From Candidatus Peribacteria bacterium (GTDB lineage: Bacteria; Patescibacteriota; Gracilibacteria; Peribacterales; Peribacteraceae), in contig JBEPVF010000003.1 in assembly GCA_041691135.1 (NCBI GenBank), positions 32,001 through 96,000 of the forward strand: a stretch of 64,000 nucleotides of DNA. Direction: 5' to 3'. Of the stretch, positions 47,867 to 58,498 are shown one piece after another. The notes under the pieces are model-generated. The model did no database searches. It was not told where the DNA came from and saw only the letters and a program-made list of their open reading frames with translations. Each line of letters opens with the position of its first letter. The stretch's first letter is position 1. Position numbers and translations under genes: made by a program.

Positions 47867-49228
47867 CTACGCTTCAAATCCTCCCGTCACTGCCTCCTCT
47901 TCCGTTGCGAAGTGCACGCGGTTCTCGGCTTTGATCTTCTTGCCGGCAGTCGAATCAGCCGGGTAGTACTTTTTGCCCGTCTTGGATGCGACGAACCCGG
48001 TAGTGGGAGCATCCGCATCGCTCTCATCGGTTTCTTCGGATGCATCGCTTCCCTTGGCTTCCTTTTTCGCTGTCGCCTCTTCTTCCTCGCGCTCCCTCTT
48101 CAGGCGTTCCATTGTCTCTTTGTCGATCGGCTGCAATGCCTTGATCGAGAGACCGATGCGGCGCTCGTCGACGTCGATGTTGATCACCTGGGCATCGACT
48201 TTCTGGCCGATGGTGAGGACTTCGGCTGGGTCGGTCACTTTGTGATGAGCCAGTTCACTCAAGTGCACCAATCCGTTGATTTCCTTTTCGAGTTTGAGGA
48301 ACGCGCCGTAATCGGCGAAGCGAATGACCGTGCCTTGTACCTTCTTGCCGACGGGGTAACGCTCGGCGATCTCTTCCCACGGATCCTTCGTCAGCTGTTT
48401 GATCGACAGGCTCAGTTTCTCGCCGTCGATGCCGATCACCTTCACTTTCACGCGGTCGCCCGGCTCAGCGTACTCGGAGGGGTTCTTCACATGGCCCCAG
48501 GCGATTTCGGAGATGTGCACCAATCCTTCCAAGCCGTCGAAGGCGACGAACAGACCGAACTTCACAATACCGCTCACGATGCCTTCCTTCACGTCGCCGG
48601 CATGCAATTGCTCCAGCGACTTCGAGCGTTCCTCGCTCATGGCCTCGCGCTCCGATACGACGATCTTGCCGGCATCTTCGTCCATCGTGATGATTTTGAC
48701 GGTGAAGGTGTGGCCGATGAACTTCTGCAAACGAGTGATGATCTCGCTGGCATCGGCGTTATTGACGCGCGGGTAATTGACCGGAGCCAGTTGAGACACA
48801 GGCAGGAAGGTGCGAATGCCGTCGATGTTGGCGAGCAGTCCGCCTTTGTTGGCTTCCTGCGCCGTGAACTTCATTGTTGCATCCTGCTCCACCAGTTTGT
48901 GGAAACGGTCCCACGCTTTCTGCTGGCTGGCCATGCGAAGACTCATCACGATCATGCCTTCCTCGTTCTCTTCTTCGAGTACGAGTGCATTTACCAGATC
49001 ACCGGTGTGGAGTTCCTTGAACGTGTTAAACGAGTCGCGCAGCTCACGCCCCGAAATAATACCGGTGGCCACGCCATCGATATCCATGAGCAGTTTGTTC
49101 TTTCCTTTAAAGACGACAGTCCCTTCGCGCAGTTCGCCGGGGTGGACGCGCAGGACGGCAGGGGATTCTTTGAGCAGTGCATCCATCACGGAAGACTGCG
49201 GTTTCTTGTTTTTCGAAGCAGTTGCCAT
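47867..49228 (-). CDS. rpsA: 30S ribosomal protein S1 (four S1 domains) with extra C-terminal domain
   Basis: NKGGL, FLPVSQL, GLVHISEIAW, LSLSIKQL..DPW, RIGLSIK. Confidence 0.92.
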   Translation of the reverse strand: MATASKNKKPQSSVMDALLKESPAVLRVHPGELREGTVVFKGKNKLLMDIDGVATGIISGRELRDSFNTFKELHTGDLVNALVLEEENEEGMIVMSLRMASQQKAWDRFHKLVEQDATMKFTAQEANKGGLLANIDGIRTFLPVSQLAPVNYPRVNNADASEIITRLQKFIGHTFTVKIITMDEDAGKIVVSEREAMSEERSKSLEQLHAGDVKEGIVSGIVKFGLFVAFDGLEGLVHISEIAWGHVKNPSEYAEPGDRVKVKVIGIDGEKLSLSIKQLTKDPWEEIAERYPVGKKVQGTVIRFADYGAFLKLEKEINGLVHLSELAHHKVTDPAEVLTIGQKVDAQVINIDVDERRIGLSIKALQPIDKETMERLKREREEEEATAKKEAKGSDASEETDESDADAPTTGFVASKTGKKYYPADSTAGKKIKAENRVHFATEEEAVTGGFEA

Positions 49229-49343
49229 ACAAAAACAGGGGTGCGAGGGAAGGAGTAAAAAAGAAGGGGGAGCGCTCTCGCACGAGCAGCGCAATTCAAG
49301 GAAATTATTCCAGAGAGTGAGAGATATGTCAAAAGCGCATATA

Positions 49344-49466
49344 AAGGTTACCGAGGTGGCAGAAGTGACCGATGTGACCGATGAAGGGAATGCAAAAGAT
49401 TCAGAGGAATACCCTCAAAATCCCTTCTTCTGCCATCTCTGCCCCCTCGGTCACATCGGTCACCTT
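49344..49466. repeat. MITE/REP-like element with 9-nt-periodic inverted arms
   Basis: aaggttaccgaggtggcagaagtgaccgatgtgaccga...tcggtcacatcggtcacctt. Confidence 0.8.
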
Positions 49467-49468
49467 CT

Positions 49469-50191
49469 TTAAAGGACGTTTCTTGCAATCTTCATCTGCC
49501 CCTCCTCCGCCAGCTTCTGTTCCTGGCTCGTGGCGGGGTTGTAGATCTGGTAGTACAGCTCGATCAATTCCTGTGTCGTCAGACGATGGCTTTGAAGTCC
49601 GATATTTTCGAGTCCGGCCTGTATCAGGTTCATGCGTTCCTTGAGGATGCGGCTGTTGAAGGCGAAGTCGCGTTCGCGCTGGACGGCTTTGGACATCGAG
49701 TCGTCGGGACTGATCCAGCCGAAGAACTGTTCGACCAGGGTTTTCTTGTGAGCGGCGGCATCCATGGGGATGACGACGAAGAAACGCTTCTGACGGATAT
49801 CGGCCACATCGATCAGCTTCTCCACAAAGTCGGCGTACGAAAGAGTCTGATCTTTCAGGAGTTCATTCGTTTGCGTGCCGCCGATGGTGCGGAGATCGGC
49901 GAGGTACGGATCAATGTTCATCTTGGACGAACGGATGATGATCTGCAGCGGAAAGCTGATTGTGTTCACGAACGATTCGTAGCCGGCGATGATGCCCTGC
50001 TGTTCCGTCTCGCTCTTCAGGCTGAAGTTGAGCGCCTCCACCTGCAACACGGCACGATGGCCGCCGTTCTTCAGAAGCACAGTGTCGTTGCGGATTTCGG
50101 CGATAGGCAGGAAGCGCTGCGTAGAACTCAGCGGACTTTTTTTGCGCTGCTTCACCGTATCCTTGGCCTTTGGTTGCGTCGTCTCGTCCAT
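49469..50191 (-). CDS. TraC/VirB4-associated protein typical of CPR
   Basis: STQ.FLPIAEI, NFSLKSE.EQ, FPLQI, FFVVIP, ELIELYY..YNP. Confidence 0.75.
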   Translation of the reverse strand: MDETTQPKAKDTVKQRKKSPLSSTQRFLPIAEIRNDTVLLKNGGHRAVLQVEALNFSLKSETEQQGIIAGYESFVNTISFPLQIIIRSSKMNIDPYLADLRTIGGTQTNELLKDQTLSYADFVEKLIDVADIRQKRFFVVIPMDAAAHKKTLVEQFFGWISPDDSMSKAVQRERDFAFNSRILKERMNLIQAGLENIGLQSHRLTTQELIELYYQIYNPATSQEQKLAEEGQMKIARNVL

Positions 50192-50838
50192 TAGTCGTGT
50201 TGTGGGAAGATATCTCGAAAGACAGACAAGTCGGATAGCTGCATCGAACCCGCCGGCATGTCGGTCTTGATACGCGTCGGATCAACCGGCAGGGAAATGG
50301 GCTCAGTGGCATTCACTTCATCATTGATCGAAATTTCGGCTGCGGCCGGTTCGGATTCTTTTACTGCCGTCAGCAATGCAGGTGATACCTCCATTGTCGT
50401 GACGCCGCGATCGAGTACAGAACTAAGTTCTTCAATTTTCTTCTGTGTCGTTGCGAGTTCCGGATTCGGTGTCTGATCCGATCCTTGCTTCGAAATAGCG
50501 GCGCTCGTGCGGATGTGGATGGCCAGACCGCGACGTGGGCCATACATGCGCTGGGCAGGTTTGTTCACACGCTCAAGCATCAAGAAGCAGATACGTGCGA
50601 TGGAGAGGTCGTTGATCTTTACCAGTGCGACAATCGCCGATATCAATGCCGGCAACCAGACCAGTACTGTCACCACTATATTCGGCGGACCGCCGTAGGA
50701 TTTTGCAAGACTGGCGTACAGCGCATAACTGAATCCGCCGCCCACGGCGATGATGATGATCTGTCGCAGGGTGAGTGGACCGACAATGCGGTCCTCGATG
50801 TACACGTTCTGCGGGATTTTGACAGGATCGATGGGCAT
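50191..50838 (-). CDS. PrgI family protein
   Basis: IPQNV..EDRIVGPLTLRQ plus two TM helices. Confidence 0.8.
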   Translation of the reverse strand: MPIDPVKIPQNVYIEDRIVGPLTLRQIIIIAVGGGFSYALYASLAKSYGGPPNIVVTVLVWLPALISAIVALVKINDLSIARICFLMLERVNKPAQRMYGPRRGLAIHIRTSAAISKQGSDQTPNPELATTQKKIEELSSVLDRGVTTMEVSPALLTAVKESEPAAAEISINDEVNATEPISLPVDPTRIKTDMPAGSMQLSDLSVFRDIFPQHD

Positions 50839-51071
50839 GAGTGTTTGTTGATTGAATCTCTCTATTATAGCCTTTTTTGAGCTTTTTCTCAATAACGAGA
50901 AGAAACCGACGGCTGCGAGGGAACCGATGAAACCGAGGATGAGAAATTTTGATTCAAATTCACTTTTTAAGCCATTTTTAAATATTTCTAGTATCGGCTG
51001 TCTGTCAGTCATTTACTAAAAGAAACCGATGATCATCGGTTTCTTTGGTTCCATCGGTTGCCTCGGTTCCG

Positions 51072-53678
51072 TCAGGCCGTAGCCATTTCTTCCTCTTTCT
51101 GCGGAGCAGCGAGCAGCGGTTTCTTATCGCCGGGCAGGAAATCGAAGTGGCCTTTGTCCTTCTTGACGATCTTGATGGTGTCGCCGTCTTGGAAGATGCC
51201 ACGGAGAATGTGTTCGGCTATTTCGGATTCGATCAGATCCTGGATCACGCGGCGGACGGGACGTGCGCCGTACTCGGGGTCGAATCCTTCCTCGGCCAGC
51301 AGGTTGATCACCTTCTGATCGTACTCAAGGTTGTAGCCCTGATCCTGCAAACGCTTCTCGAGTTCATCGATATGGATCTTCACGATCTTGCGGATGTGCT
51401 GTTGGTTCAGCGCATTGAAGACGATGATGTGGTCGACGCGGTTGAGGAACTCGGGACGGAGATTGTCTTTCAGTTCGCCGATCACTTCCGCGCACTTCTC
51501 TTCGTACGCGTGCTCTTCGGCCTGTGCTTCCTCGTGTAACTTGAAGCCGATCTTGGCGGCCTGCTTGGTCAATTTTTCGGCGCCGATGTTGCTGGTCATC
51601 ACGATGATCGTATTGGTGAAGTCGACCGTCTTGCCCGTGCCGTCCGTCAACTGACCGTCTTCCAGAATTTGGAGCAGGAGATTGAAGAATTCGGGGTGAG
51701 CCTTCTCGATTTCGTCGAACAGGATCACCGAGTACGGCTTGCGGCGGACCGACTCGGTCAGCTGGCCGCCTTCTTCGTAGCCGACGTAACCGGCGGTGGT
51801 GCCGATCAGGCGCGACACGTTGTGGCGTTCCATGAACTCGGACATGTCGATCTTGATCAGTGCATCTTCGCGGTTGAAGACTTCTTTGGCGATGGTGCGG
51901 ACGAGTTCGGTCTTGCCGACGCCGGTGGGTCCGAGGAAGAGAAACGAGCCGATCGGACGGCGTGAGTCGCCGATGCCGACGCGGCTGCGGCGGATGGCGC
52001 GGGCCACCTTCTTGATCGCTTCGTCCTGTCCCACGATGCTCTTGCGCAGTACGACTTCCAGATTAGTCAGGCGCTTGGCTTCCGATTTGAGCAGTTTCGT
52101 TACCGGAATGCCGGTCATGCGGCCGATCACGTTGGCGATATCATCGTCAGTGATCGACAGGGGAGTGCGGCGATCGCCGTCGGCAGATGACTTCATCTTC
52201 TCGATGTCTTCCTTCAATGTCTGTTGTTCCTGCTTCAGGCGCAGGGCCAGATGGTATTTCTGCTCCTTCACGGCCTGTTGCTGCTTGGCGAGCAGCGTTT
52301 CCATCTTTCCTTCCATCTTCTTCAGTTCCGGTGATCCGCCTGAGTGCTGGAGACTTTTGCCGGCGGCTGCTTCGTCGATCACATCGATCGCTTTGTCCGG
52401 CAGATAGCGTTCGGTGATGTAGCGCTTGCCGAGCGTCACAGCCGCCTCAATCGCCTCGTCGGTGATGGAGAGGTGGTGGAACTGCTCAAAGCTCTCGCGG
52501 ATGCCATGCAGGATCTTGATGGCATCTTCCACGCTTGGTTCGTTGACCATGATCGACTGGAACCGGCGCTCGAGAGCACGATCTTTTTCCACCGTGCGGA
52601 ATTCGTCCACCGTGGTGGCACCGATCACGCGCAAAGCACCGCGACTGAGCGCAGGCTTGAGAATATTGGCGGCATCCAGCGATCCTTCGGCTGAGCCGGC
52701 ACCGACGACGGTGTGAATCTCGTCGATGAACAGAATGATTTCGTTGTCGCTCTTAGCTGCTTCTTTAATGATGTCATCGAAGCGTTGCTCAAACTCGCCA
52801 CGGTACTTGGTACCGGCGACCAGTGATCCCATGTTGAGGACGAGTAGTCGCTTGCCGCGCAGGGAATCGGGGACCGTGCCGGCGACGATGCGCTGCGCAA
52901 GGCCTTCGACGATGGCCGTCTTGCCGACGCCCGGTTCGCCGATGAGCACCGGATTGTTCTTGGTCTTGCGGTTCAGGATGCGGATCAGACGCTCGATCTC
53001 TTCGTCGCGGCCGATGATCGGATCGATCTTCTTCTCTTTTACTTTGGCGATCAGGTCATCCGTAAAATAATCCAGCACGGGTGTCTTGCTCTTGCTGTCG
53101 CCCTTCTTGCGCTTGAGGCCTTCGGGCTCGGCGGCACCCTGCTGATTCTGCATGTTGCCGACAATCACTCCCTGCAGGCCGCTGAAGAATGCCTCAAGCG
53201 ATTGCTCGAGGTTGCGGTTCTGCTGTTTGAACTGACTGATCTGACCGAACATTTCCTCCACGCGCAGGCGGAGGTCTTCGGGATCGACCTGCATATTTTC
53301 CAGGATCAAGGTGGCCGCATTCTTTCCGGTTGATACCAGCGAGTGGAGCAAGTGCTCGGTTCCCACGTTCGCGTGGCGGAACTTATGTGCCGTCACGACG
53401 CTCTGTTCAATCACCGTATGCAAATAAGTCGACAGACCGTGCTTCACATGTTCGCCCTCGATGGCGGTCGTCTTCATCGCCTTCATCAGAATACGGACGT
53501 TCTCTTGGGTTACACCGGCTCCCGTGAATATGGAGAAGCCGAGTGATTTTGGAATGCTGAGTAATCCGAGCAGCAAGTGCTCAGTGCCAATGTACGAACT
53601 CTTGAGATTCTTCGCCTCCTGCTCGGCGATCTGCAGCGCGAGCTTGGCATTGGGTGTGAAACGATCGAACGGGTGCAT
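51072..53678 (-). CDS. clpC: ATP-dependent Clp protease ATP-binding subunit
   Basis: Clp-N repeats, [18 protein letters not shown]-like middle domain, [14 protein letters not shown]. Confidence 0.95.
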   Translation of the reverse strand: MHPFDRFTPNAKLALQIAEQEAKNLKSSYIGTEHLLLGLLSIPKSLGFSIFTGAGVTQENVRILMKAMKTTAIEGEHVKHGLSTYLHTVIEQSVVTAHKFRHANVGTEHLLHSLVSTGKNAATLILENMQVDPEDLRLRVEEMFGQISQFKQQNRNLEQSLEAFFSGLQGVIVGNMQNQQGAAEPEGLKRKKGDSKSKTPVLDYFTDDLIAKVKEKKIDPIIGRDEEIERLIRILNRKTKNNPVLIGEPGVGKTAIVEGLAQRIVAGTVPDSLRGKRLLVLNMGSLVAGTKYRGEFEQRFDDIIKEAAKSDNEIILFIDEIHTVVGAGSAEGSLDAANILKPALSRGALRVIGATTVDEFRTVEKDRALERRFQSIMVNEPSVEDAIKILHGIRESFEQFHHLSITDEAIEAAVTLGKRYITERYLPDKAIDVIDEAAAGKSLQHSGGSPELKKMEGKMETLLAKQQQAVKEQKYHLALRLKQEQQTLKEDIEKMKSSADGDRRTPLSITDDDIANVIGRMTGIPVTKLLKSEAKRLTNLEVVLRKSIVGQDEAIKKVARAIRRSRVGIGDSRRPIGSFLFLGPTGVGKTELVRTIAKEVFNREDALIKIDMSEFMERHNVSRLIGTTAGYVGYEEGGQLTESVRRKPYSVILFDEIEKAHPEFFNLLLQILEDGQLTDGTGKTVDFTNTIIVMTSNIGAEKLTKQAAKIGFKLHEEAQAEEHAYEEKCAEVIGELKDNLRPEFLNRVDHIIVFNALNQQHIRKIVKIHIDELEKRLQDQGYNLEYDQKVINLLAEEGFDPEYGARPVRRVIQDLIESEIAEHILRGIFQDGDTIKIVKKDKGHFDFLPGDKKPLLAAPQKEEEMATA

Positions 53679-53704
53679 GAGAGATAAGGGTAATGAATGA
53701 CTCC

Positions 53705-53731
53705 TTATCAGTCTATCAACGTGAGTGATAA
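53705..53731 (-). promoter_or_regulatory. CIRCE-like operator upstream of clpC
   Basis: TTATCACTC-N9-GACTGATAA versus consensus TTAGCACTC-N9-GAGTGCTAA. Confidence 0.65.
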
Positions 53732-53885
53732 CTGTCGAAAGGAATCTTTAGATTTTAACTGATGTATTTTAAAAGTGAAGAGACGCACACCTTCTAATTA
53801 TGGTTTTATGAATAAATGTTAGGTAACAATGACAAGAATACTTTTCATTCTTCTCATAAAAGAAGTGCATCGTTGCTTTCGACCT

Positions 53886-55133
53886 TTACCTCTTCGTCCG
53901 CATCTCGCGCAGATCTTCCAGGAAAATAGAGATGATGGAGGTCACCGGGACGGATAGCATCACGCCCAAGATCGGATGGATGAGCGTGGGGAAGCTGATG
54001 CCGACCATGATAGCGAACAGGATGGCGATGGGTGACAGGCCGACGGCGCGCTTCATAATCAGCGGAACGAGCAGGTTGTTCTCGCACCACTGGATGACGT
54101 AGTAGACGACGGCAACGACCACTCCCCACAGCAATCCTTTGGCGGTCACGGCGATGAGGACAGAAGGGATGGCGGCGATCAGCGGACCGACAACGGGGAT
54201 GAATTCGGTGAAGCCGGCGAGTATCGCGAGAGTGAGCGCGTACGGCATTCCCAGGATCCACAAGGCGATGAACACGAGGATGGCGATGGACAGACATAAC
54301 AGCAGTTGTCCGCGCGCCCATTGCGCCAGTTTGTAGTGGATCATCTCGGACTTATCGTCGACGTAGGAGCGGTAATGCATCGACAGGAACCCGCGCAGCC
54401 AACTGATAATTTTCTCTTTCTCCAGCTGCAAAAAGAAGGCGAGTACGAAGACGGTGATGGCCTGGAGTACAAAGTTGACCAGCGAACCGGCGATCTGAGC
54501 CGCGAAGATGAGCGAACCCTGGGCGGCGGTGTTCAGGTTCTGGCCAAACTGGGTCAGGGCATCCGTGATTTTCGTGATGTTCAGATTCTGCAACGTCGAT
54601 TGGACGAAGACAGTCAATCGCGTGTTCACGTCGCTCGTCAGGAACGGGAAGTGCACCTCGGGGTTCTTGAGGAATACATTGGTCTGATCGTTGATCAACA
54701 CCGCAATCTGCTGAATCTGTTCGGCGATGATCGGGATCAGCGATACGAGCAGGAAAACGATGAGAAACAGGGCGATGAAGTAATCCAACAGCACTGCAAT
54801 AATCCTTGGAATGCCCCAGCGCTGCATGGTCTGTACGCTGGGATCAATAATGGTGGCGATGAAGATGCCGAGCAGCAGCAGGATGATCTTGTCGGCGAGC
54901 ATGTATAGCATGATCACACCGATGCCCACGGCCAGAATGGCGAGTGTGGCTTTGACGATGCTGCCGATAGACAAATGAACCAGAATTTCATCCTGTTTTG
55001 CCGGAGGCGGGAGTTTAACGCCCTGCTTCATCGGATGGCTCTCGTTCATCTGCTTTGCTTTGGCCAGCAACTTTTGCGCTTTCTCGCCGATGATACGCAG
55101 CGATGTGAACGATGGTTTGACGGGTTTTTTCAT
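53886..55133 (-). CDS. AI-2E family transporter
   Basis: WARGQ, EFIPVVGP, QWCENNLLVP, GLSP. Confidence 0.9.
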   Translation of the reverse strand: MKKPVKPSFTSLRIIGEKAQKLLAKAKQMNESHPMKQGVKLPPPAKQDEILVHLSIGSIVKATLAILAVGIGVIMLYMLADKIILLLLGIFIATIIDPSVQTMQRWGIPRIIAVLLDYFIALFLIVFLLVSLIPIIAEQIQQIAVLINDQTNVFLKNPEVHFPFLTSDVNTRLTVFVQSTLQNLNITKITDALTQFGQNLNTAAQGSLIFAAQIAGSLVNFVLQAITVFVLAFFLQLEKEKIISWLRGFLSMHYRSYVDDKSEMIHYKLAQWARGQLLLCLSIAILVFIALWILGMPYALTLAILAGFTEFIPVVGPLIAAIPSVLIAVTAKGLLWGVVVAVVYYVIQWCENNLLVPLIMKRAVGLSPIAILFAIMVGISFPTLIHPILGVMLSVPVTSIISIFLEDLREMRTKR

Positions 55134-55525
55134 GAGGCGGGAGTAGCGGGAGTGGTGAGAGCGAGAAGAGCGGTATCGATAATGGCGAAGGCAAACACAG
55201 AGACGGCCAATCCCAGCAGAGCGTACAAGATGCGCATGCGCGGACCAGACGTATCACCCCCCTGCAATCCGCCGAAGGCGATCTGATAGCCCGAATAGAT
55301 GATCTCGGTCAGGGCGATACCGGCGGCAAAACCGAACAGGATTTTCATGAGCATTCCAATATAGATCGGCACGCAGTGGAAGCCGAACTCGCCGGTGATG
55401 AAGTTGCAGCCCGGGGCAAGCAGGCCGTTCTCCGGAATTAGATTAGGGTTTTGTGCCATGGCAATGGCTGGAATCATCACCAGGAGCCCGACGGAAAAAC
55501 GACTGCGCAGCTGCATCGCCTCCAT
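55130..55525 (-). CDS. pilin-like (TrbC/VirB2-type) membrane protein
   Basis: Signal peptide, Cys pair, IIYSGY ... I.YALLGL pattern. Confidence 0.65.
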   Translation of the reverse strand: MEAMQLRSRFSVGLLVMIPAIAMAQNPNLIPENGLLAPGCNFITGEFGFHCVPIYIGMLMKILFGFAAGIALTEIIYSGYQIAFGGLQGGDTSGPRMRILYALLGLAVSVFAFAIIDTALLALTTPATPAS

Positions 55526-55639
55526 TCTGGCTAATAGATGCCGAATGGCCTATTGCGTAATTGTTAAATTGTTCAATTGTTAGGTAACATCTGTACAGAT
55601 CGCTTGCGAATACCTGAACAATTTAGCAATGTAGCACTG

Positions 55640-56635
55640 ATGACCTCCTTCAACTGGCAAACCACCCGTCGGCCGATCCTCGCACTTGCCCCCATGGCAG
55701 GTGTCACTGATGCGTCATACCGCCAGCTGATCAAGAGTATTGCGCCGACGACCATTGTCTACACCGAATTTCTCAGTACCGATGCCATCGCGTACGGTGC
55801 CAAAAAGACCATCAGCATGCTGCATTTCAATGCGGAGCTCGAGTGCCCCTTTATTGTGCAAGTGTTTGGCAAGGATCCGGATCATTTCCTGGAGGCGGCC
55901 AAAGTCATCGAACAGATGGGAGCCGATGGCATCGATATCAATATGGGATGCCCGGCGGCGAAAGTGGTGTCGTCGTGCCATGGATCGGCATTGCTCAAGG
56001 ATCCGAAGTTGGCGGCGGAGCTGGTGCATGCGACCAAGAAGGCCGTCTCCATTCCGGTGAGCGTGAAGACACGCCTCGGATGGGATGCTAAAGAAGCACT
56101 CATCCCGTTCTGCCAGGGACTGATTGAAGCAGGTGCCGAAGCACTCGCCATTCATGGCCGGCGTTATTGCGATAAATTCGGCGGCAAAGCGGATTGGGAT
56201 CCGATTTATGCGCTCAAGAACGCGGTCTCCGTTCCGGTCATCGGCAACGGCGATATTTTTACGGCAGCTGACGCGATCGAGAAGATCAGAAACCTGGACG
56301 GTGTGATGGTGGGGCGGGGGACCTTTGGAAACCCGTGGGTGATGGGGGATATTGAGAAAGCATTTGAAACTTTGGGGACGGATGATCAGAGACCGGTTAT
56401 CAGTGATCAGATTGCTGCGCCGACGGTGGCTTCTTTGAAATTCGAAGAGAAAATTCCATTCATTTTGATGCATTGTGAACTGGCCGTGTCGCAGAAGGGC
56501 GAGAAGCGGGGCATGCTCGAGATGCGCAGGCATTTGTCGAGTTATGTCAAAGGATTCGACGGTGCGCGCGAGATGCGCGATAAATTGGTGCGGGTGGAGA
56601 CTCTGGCAGAAGCAAAAACTATTCTAGTTGCTTAA
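55640..56635 (+). CDS. dusB: tRNA-dihydrouridine synthase (DusB-like)
   Basis: LAPMAGVTD, DINMGCP, VSVKTRLG, HGR, GNGDI, GVMVGRG. Confidence 0.93.
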   Translation: MTSFNWQTTRRPILALAPMAGVTDASYRQLIKSIAPTTIVYTEFLSTDAIAYGAKKTISMLHFNAELECPFIVQVFGKDPDHFLEAAKVIEQMGADGIDINMGCPAAKVVSSCHGSALLKDPKLAAELVHATKKAVSIPVSVKTRLGWDAKEALIPFCQGLIEAGAEALAIHGRRYCDKFGGKADWDPIYALKNAVSVPVIGNGDIFTAADAIEKIRNLDGVMVGRGTFGNPWVMGDIEKAFETLGTDDQRPVISDQIAAPTVASLKFEEKIPFILMHCELAVSQKGEKRGMLEMRRHLSSYVKGFDGAREMRDKLVRVETLAEAKTILVA

Positions 56636-56784
56636 AGAGCGCCGTCTCACAGCGCAATGCGGAGACCTAAGTTATTTCGAAGTTTCTTCCATTTTCATCA
56701 GTATGGCGCTATCGCTTTCTGCGCGGCTTCTACAAGAAAGCATATGCATCGCCGGCGTGTACCGCCCAATAGGTGTTTGTACTT

Positions 56785-56814
56785 AAAAGGGCATCGTGAC
56801 GATGCCCTTTATTT
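56785..56814. terminator. bidirectional terminator between dusB and rplA
   Basis: aaaagggcatcg-tga-cgatgccctttattt. Confidence 0.7.
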
Positions 56815-56830
56815 ACGTCTATAAAATTGC

Positions 56831-57532
56831 TTAGAATTCCACCTTCAGGGCTGGGCCCATGGTGGGCGAGACGGACACGCTCTTGATGTATTCGCCTTTG
56901 ATGCCGCTGGGCTTGGCTTCGTTGATGGCCTGCATCAGCATCGTCAAGTTCTCTTCCAATTTTTTGCCGCCGAACGAGATCTTACCGAAGATCACGTGGA
57001 TGATGCCTTGCTTGTCCATACGGACTTCGATGCGTCCTTTCTTCAGCTCATCGATCGTCTTGGCGATCTTGTCGGTTACTGTGCCGGCTTTGGGCGATGG
57101 CATCAGTCCTTTTTGTCCAAGAGTCTTGGCCACTTTTCCCAGGTCTTTCATCACTTTGGGACTGGCAACCGCGACGTCAAAATCGATCTTGCCTTCCTCG
57201 ATCTGCTTGATCAGATCTTCGTTGCCCGCCAGATCCGCGCCTGCTTTTTTGGCGGCATCGATCTGGTCGTCAGGGACGAACGCAGCGATACGGATAGTTT
57301 TGCCGGTGCCGTGTGGCAGGGCAACTGTCGTACGAATAAGCTGATCGGCCTGGGTGGTATCGGCGTTGATGCGGATGTGCACCTCGGCGCTGCCGTCGAA
57401 CGAACTGACGCTCAGTTTCGTCAATAATTCCGTTGCTTCGGCAATCGGATAACTGGGCTTCGTGACGAGCGCCTTGCGCTCAGCGTACTTTTTGCCTTTC
57501 TTCCGCGCGAGCGGGCTTGTTTTACCGGACAT
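56831..57532 (-). CDS. rplA: 50S ribosomal protein L1
   Basis: LPHGTGK, LGQKGLMPSPKAGTV, SPTMGP. Confidence 0.97.
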   Translation of the reverse strand: MSGKTSPLARKKGKKYAERKALVTKPSYPIAEATELLTKLSVSSFDGSAEVHIRINADTTQADQLIRTTVALPHGTGKTIRIAAFVPDDQIDAAKKAGADLAGNEDLIKQIEEGKIDFDVAVASPKVMKDLGKVAKTLGQKGLMPSPKAGTVTDKIAKTIDELKKGRIEVRMDKQGIIHVIFGKISFGGKKLEENLTMLMQAINEAKPSGIKGEYIKSVSVSPTMGPALKVEF

Positions 57533-57679
57533 GATGATAAGGGGGAACGTGGTAGAAATCAGCGAAGTGCTGAGTATGGGCGCCCGGATGAGGCTGACAA
57601 ATGTCACCCTAAACTTGTCGAAGGGCTCCCACGAACCGGGATGATTGTGCAGATAAAGGAGGACGTGCGCAAGGCCTCC

Positions 57680-58498
57680 CTATGCCTTTTTCTTCTTGGC
57701 AGCTGGCTTTTTCTTGGCACTGGAAGCCTTTTCGTCCGCTTTGGGTGGAGTCAGATTAGAACCCGTCGTAGCCGAGAAAGATTCAGCTGGTTTGGCCGCA
57801 GCGACCATAGAGGCCGTGGTCAGGACTTTACCGGGGATAATCGGCTTTGATGGTGATGGGACCGGATCGGGTGGTGTTGCCCGGGCGATCATCGCGGCAG
57901 CGGGCGTGGGTGCAGGGCGAGGAACAGGTACTTTTTGCGGACTGAGGCCCAGAGTGTCCAAGCGGGTGCAGTACGACAGGATCAATCCGTAGACCAGAAT
58001 AATGACCGGCATGATCCACCAGCCGGGTGTAATGCTGGCAACGCCGAAGAGCATGCTCAACAGTAGCGTGAGACAACCGAAGAGGGTGGCGACGAAGCCG
58101 ATAATCTTGAACGTGAAGAAGTAGATGGCGTAGGGGATGGCGCGAGACGGTTCATCGATAGTGCGAGCCAGGTGTTCATGCATTAAGAAAATCAGACCGC
58201 CGACGGCGAACACAATCAGAAGACCCAAATAGGTATTGGTGGAAAACGCCGCCGCACCGACGACCTGACTGGAGAGGACGGAGAAGAGCGAAGGCAGCGC
58301 GCCCATGCTCATCATGATGATGCCCAGGCCCTGCATCAGAAAACTGTAGATCGCTTTTCCGACCGACAACGATCGTGCGCCCGCTGTCAAAATACTGGGG
58401 ATAAACAAGAAGGCGAGCAGCTGCAGCAGAAGGATCGGCAAGATCAAGGCGTAGAGAAGGCCGATCGTTCCAATCGACAAGAAGGGATCACTGATCAT
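57680..58498 (-). CDS. multi-pass membrane protein with Pro/Lys-rich tail
   Basis: About 5 TM helices and a low-complexity C-terminus. Confidence 0.75.
   Translation of the reverse strand: MISDPFLSIGTIGLLYALILPILLLQLLAFLFIPSILTAGARSLSVGKAIYSFLMQGLGIIMMSMGALPSLFSVLSSQVVGAAAFSTNTYLGLLIVFAVGGLIFLMHEHLARTIDEPSRAIPYAIYFFTFKIIGFVATLFGCLTLLLSMLFGVASITPGWWIMPVIILVYGLILSYCTRLDTLGLSPQKVPVPRPAPTPAAAMIARATPPDPVPSPSKPIIPGKVLTTASMVAAAKPAESFSATTGSNLTPPKADEKASSAKKKPAAKKKKA

Noticed and set aside
47732-49258. 508-aa plus-strand ORF
   Set aside because: Antisense shadow of rpsA caused by codon bias
46555-51072. 9-mer tracts as a CRISPR array
   Set aside because: No constant repeat with unique spacers and no cas genes
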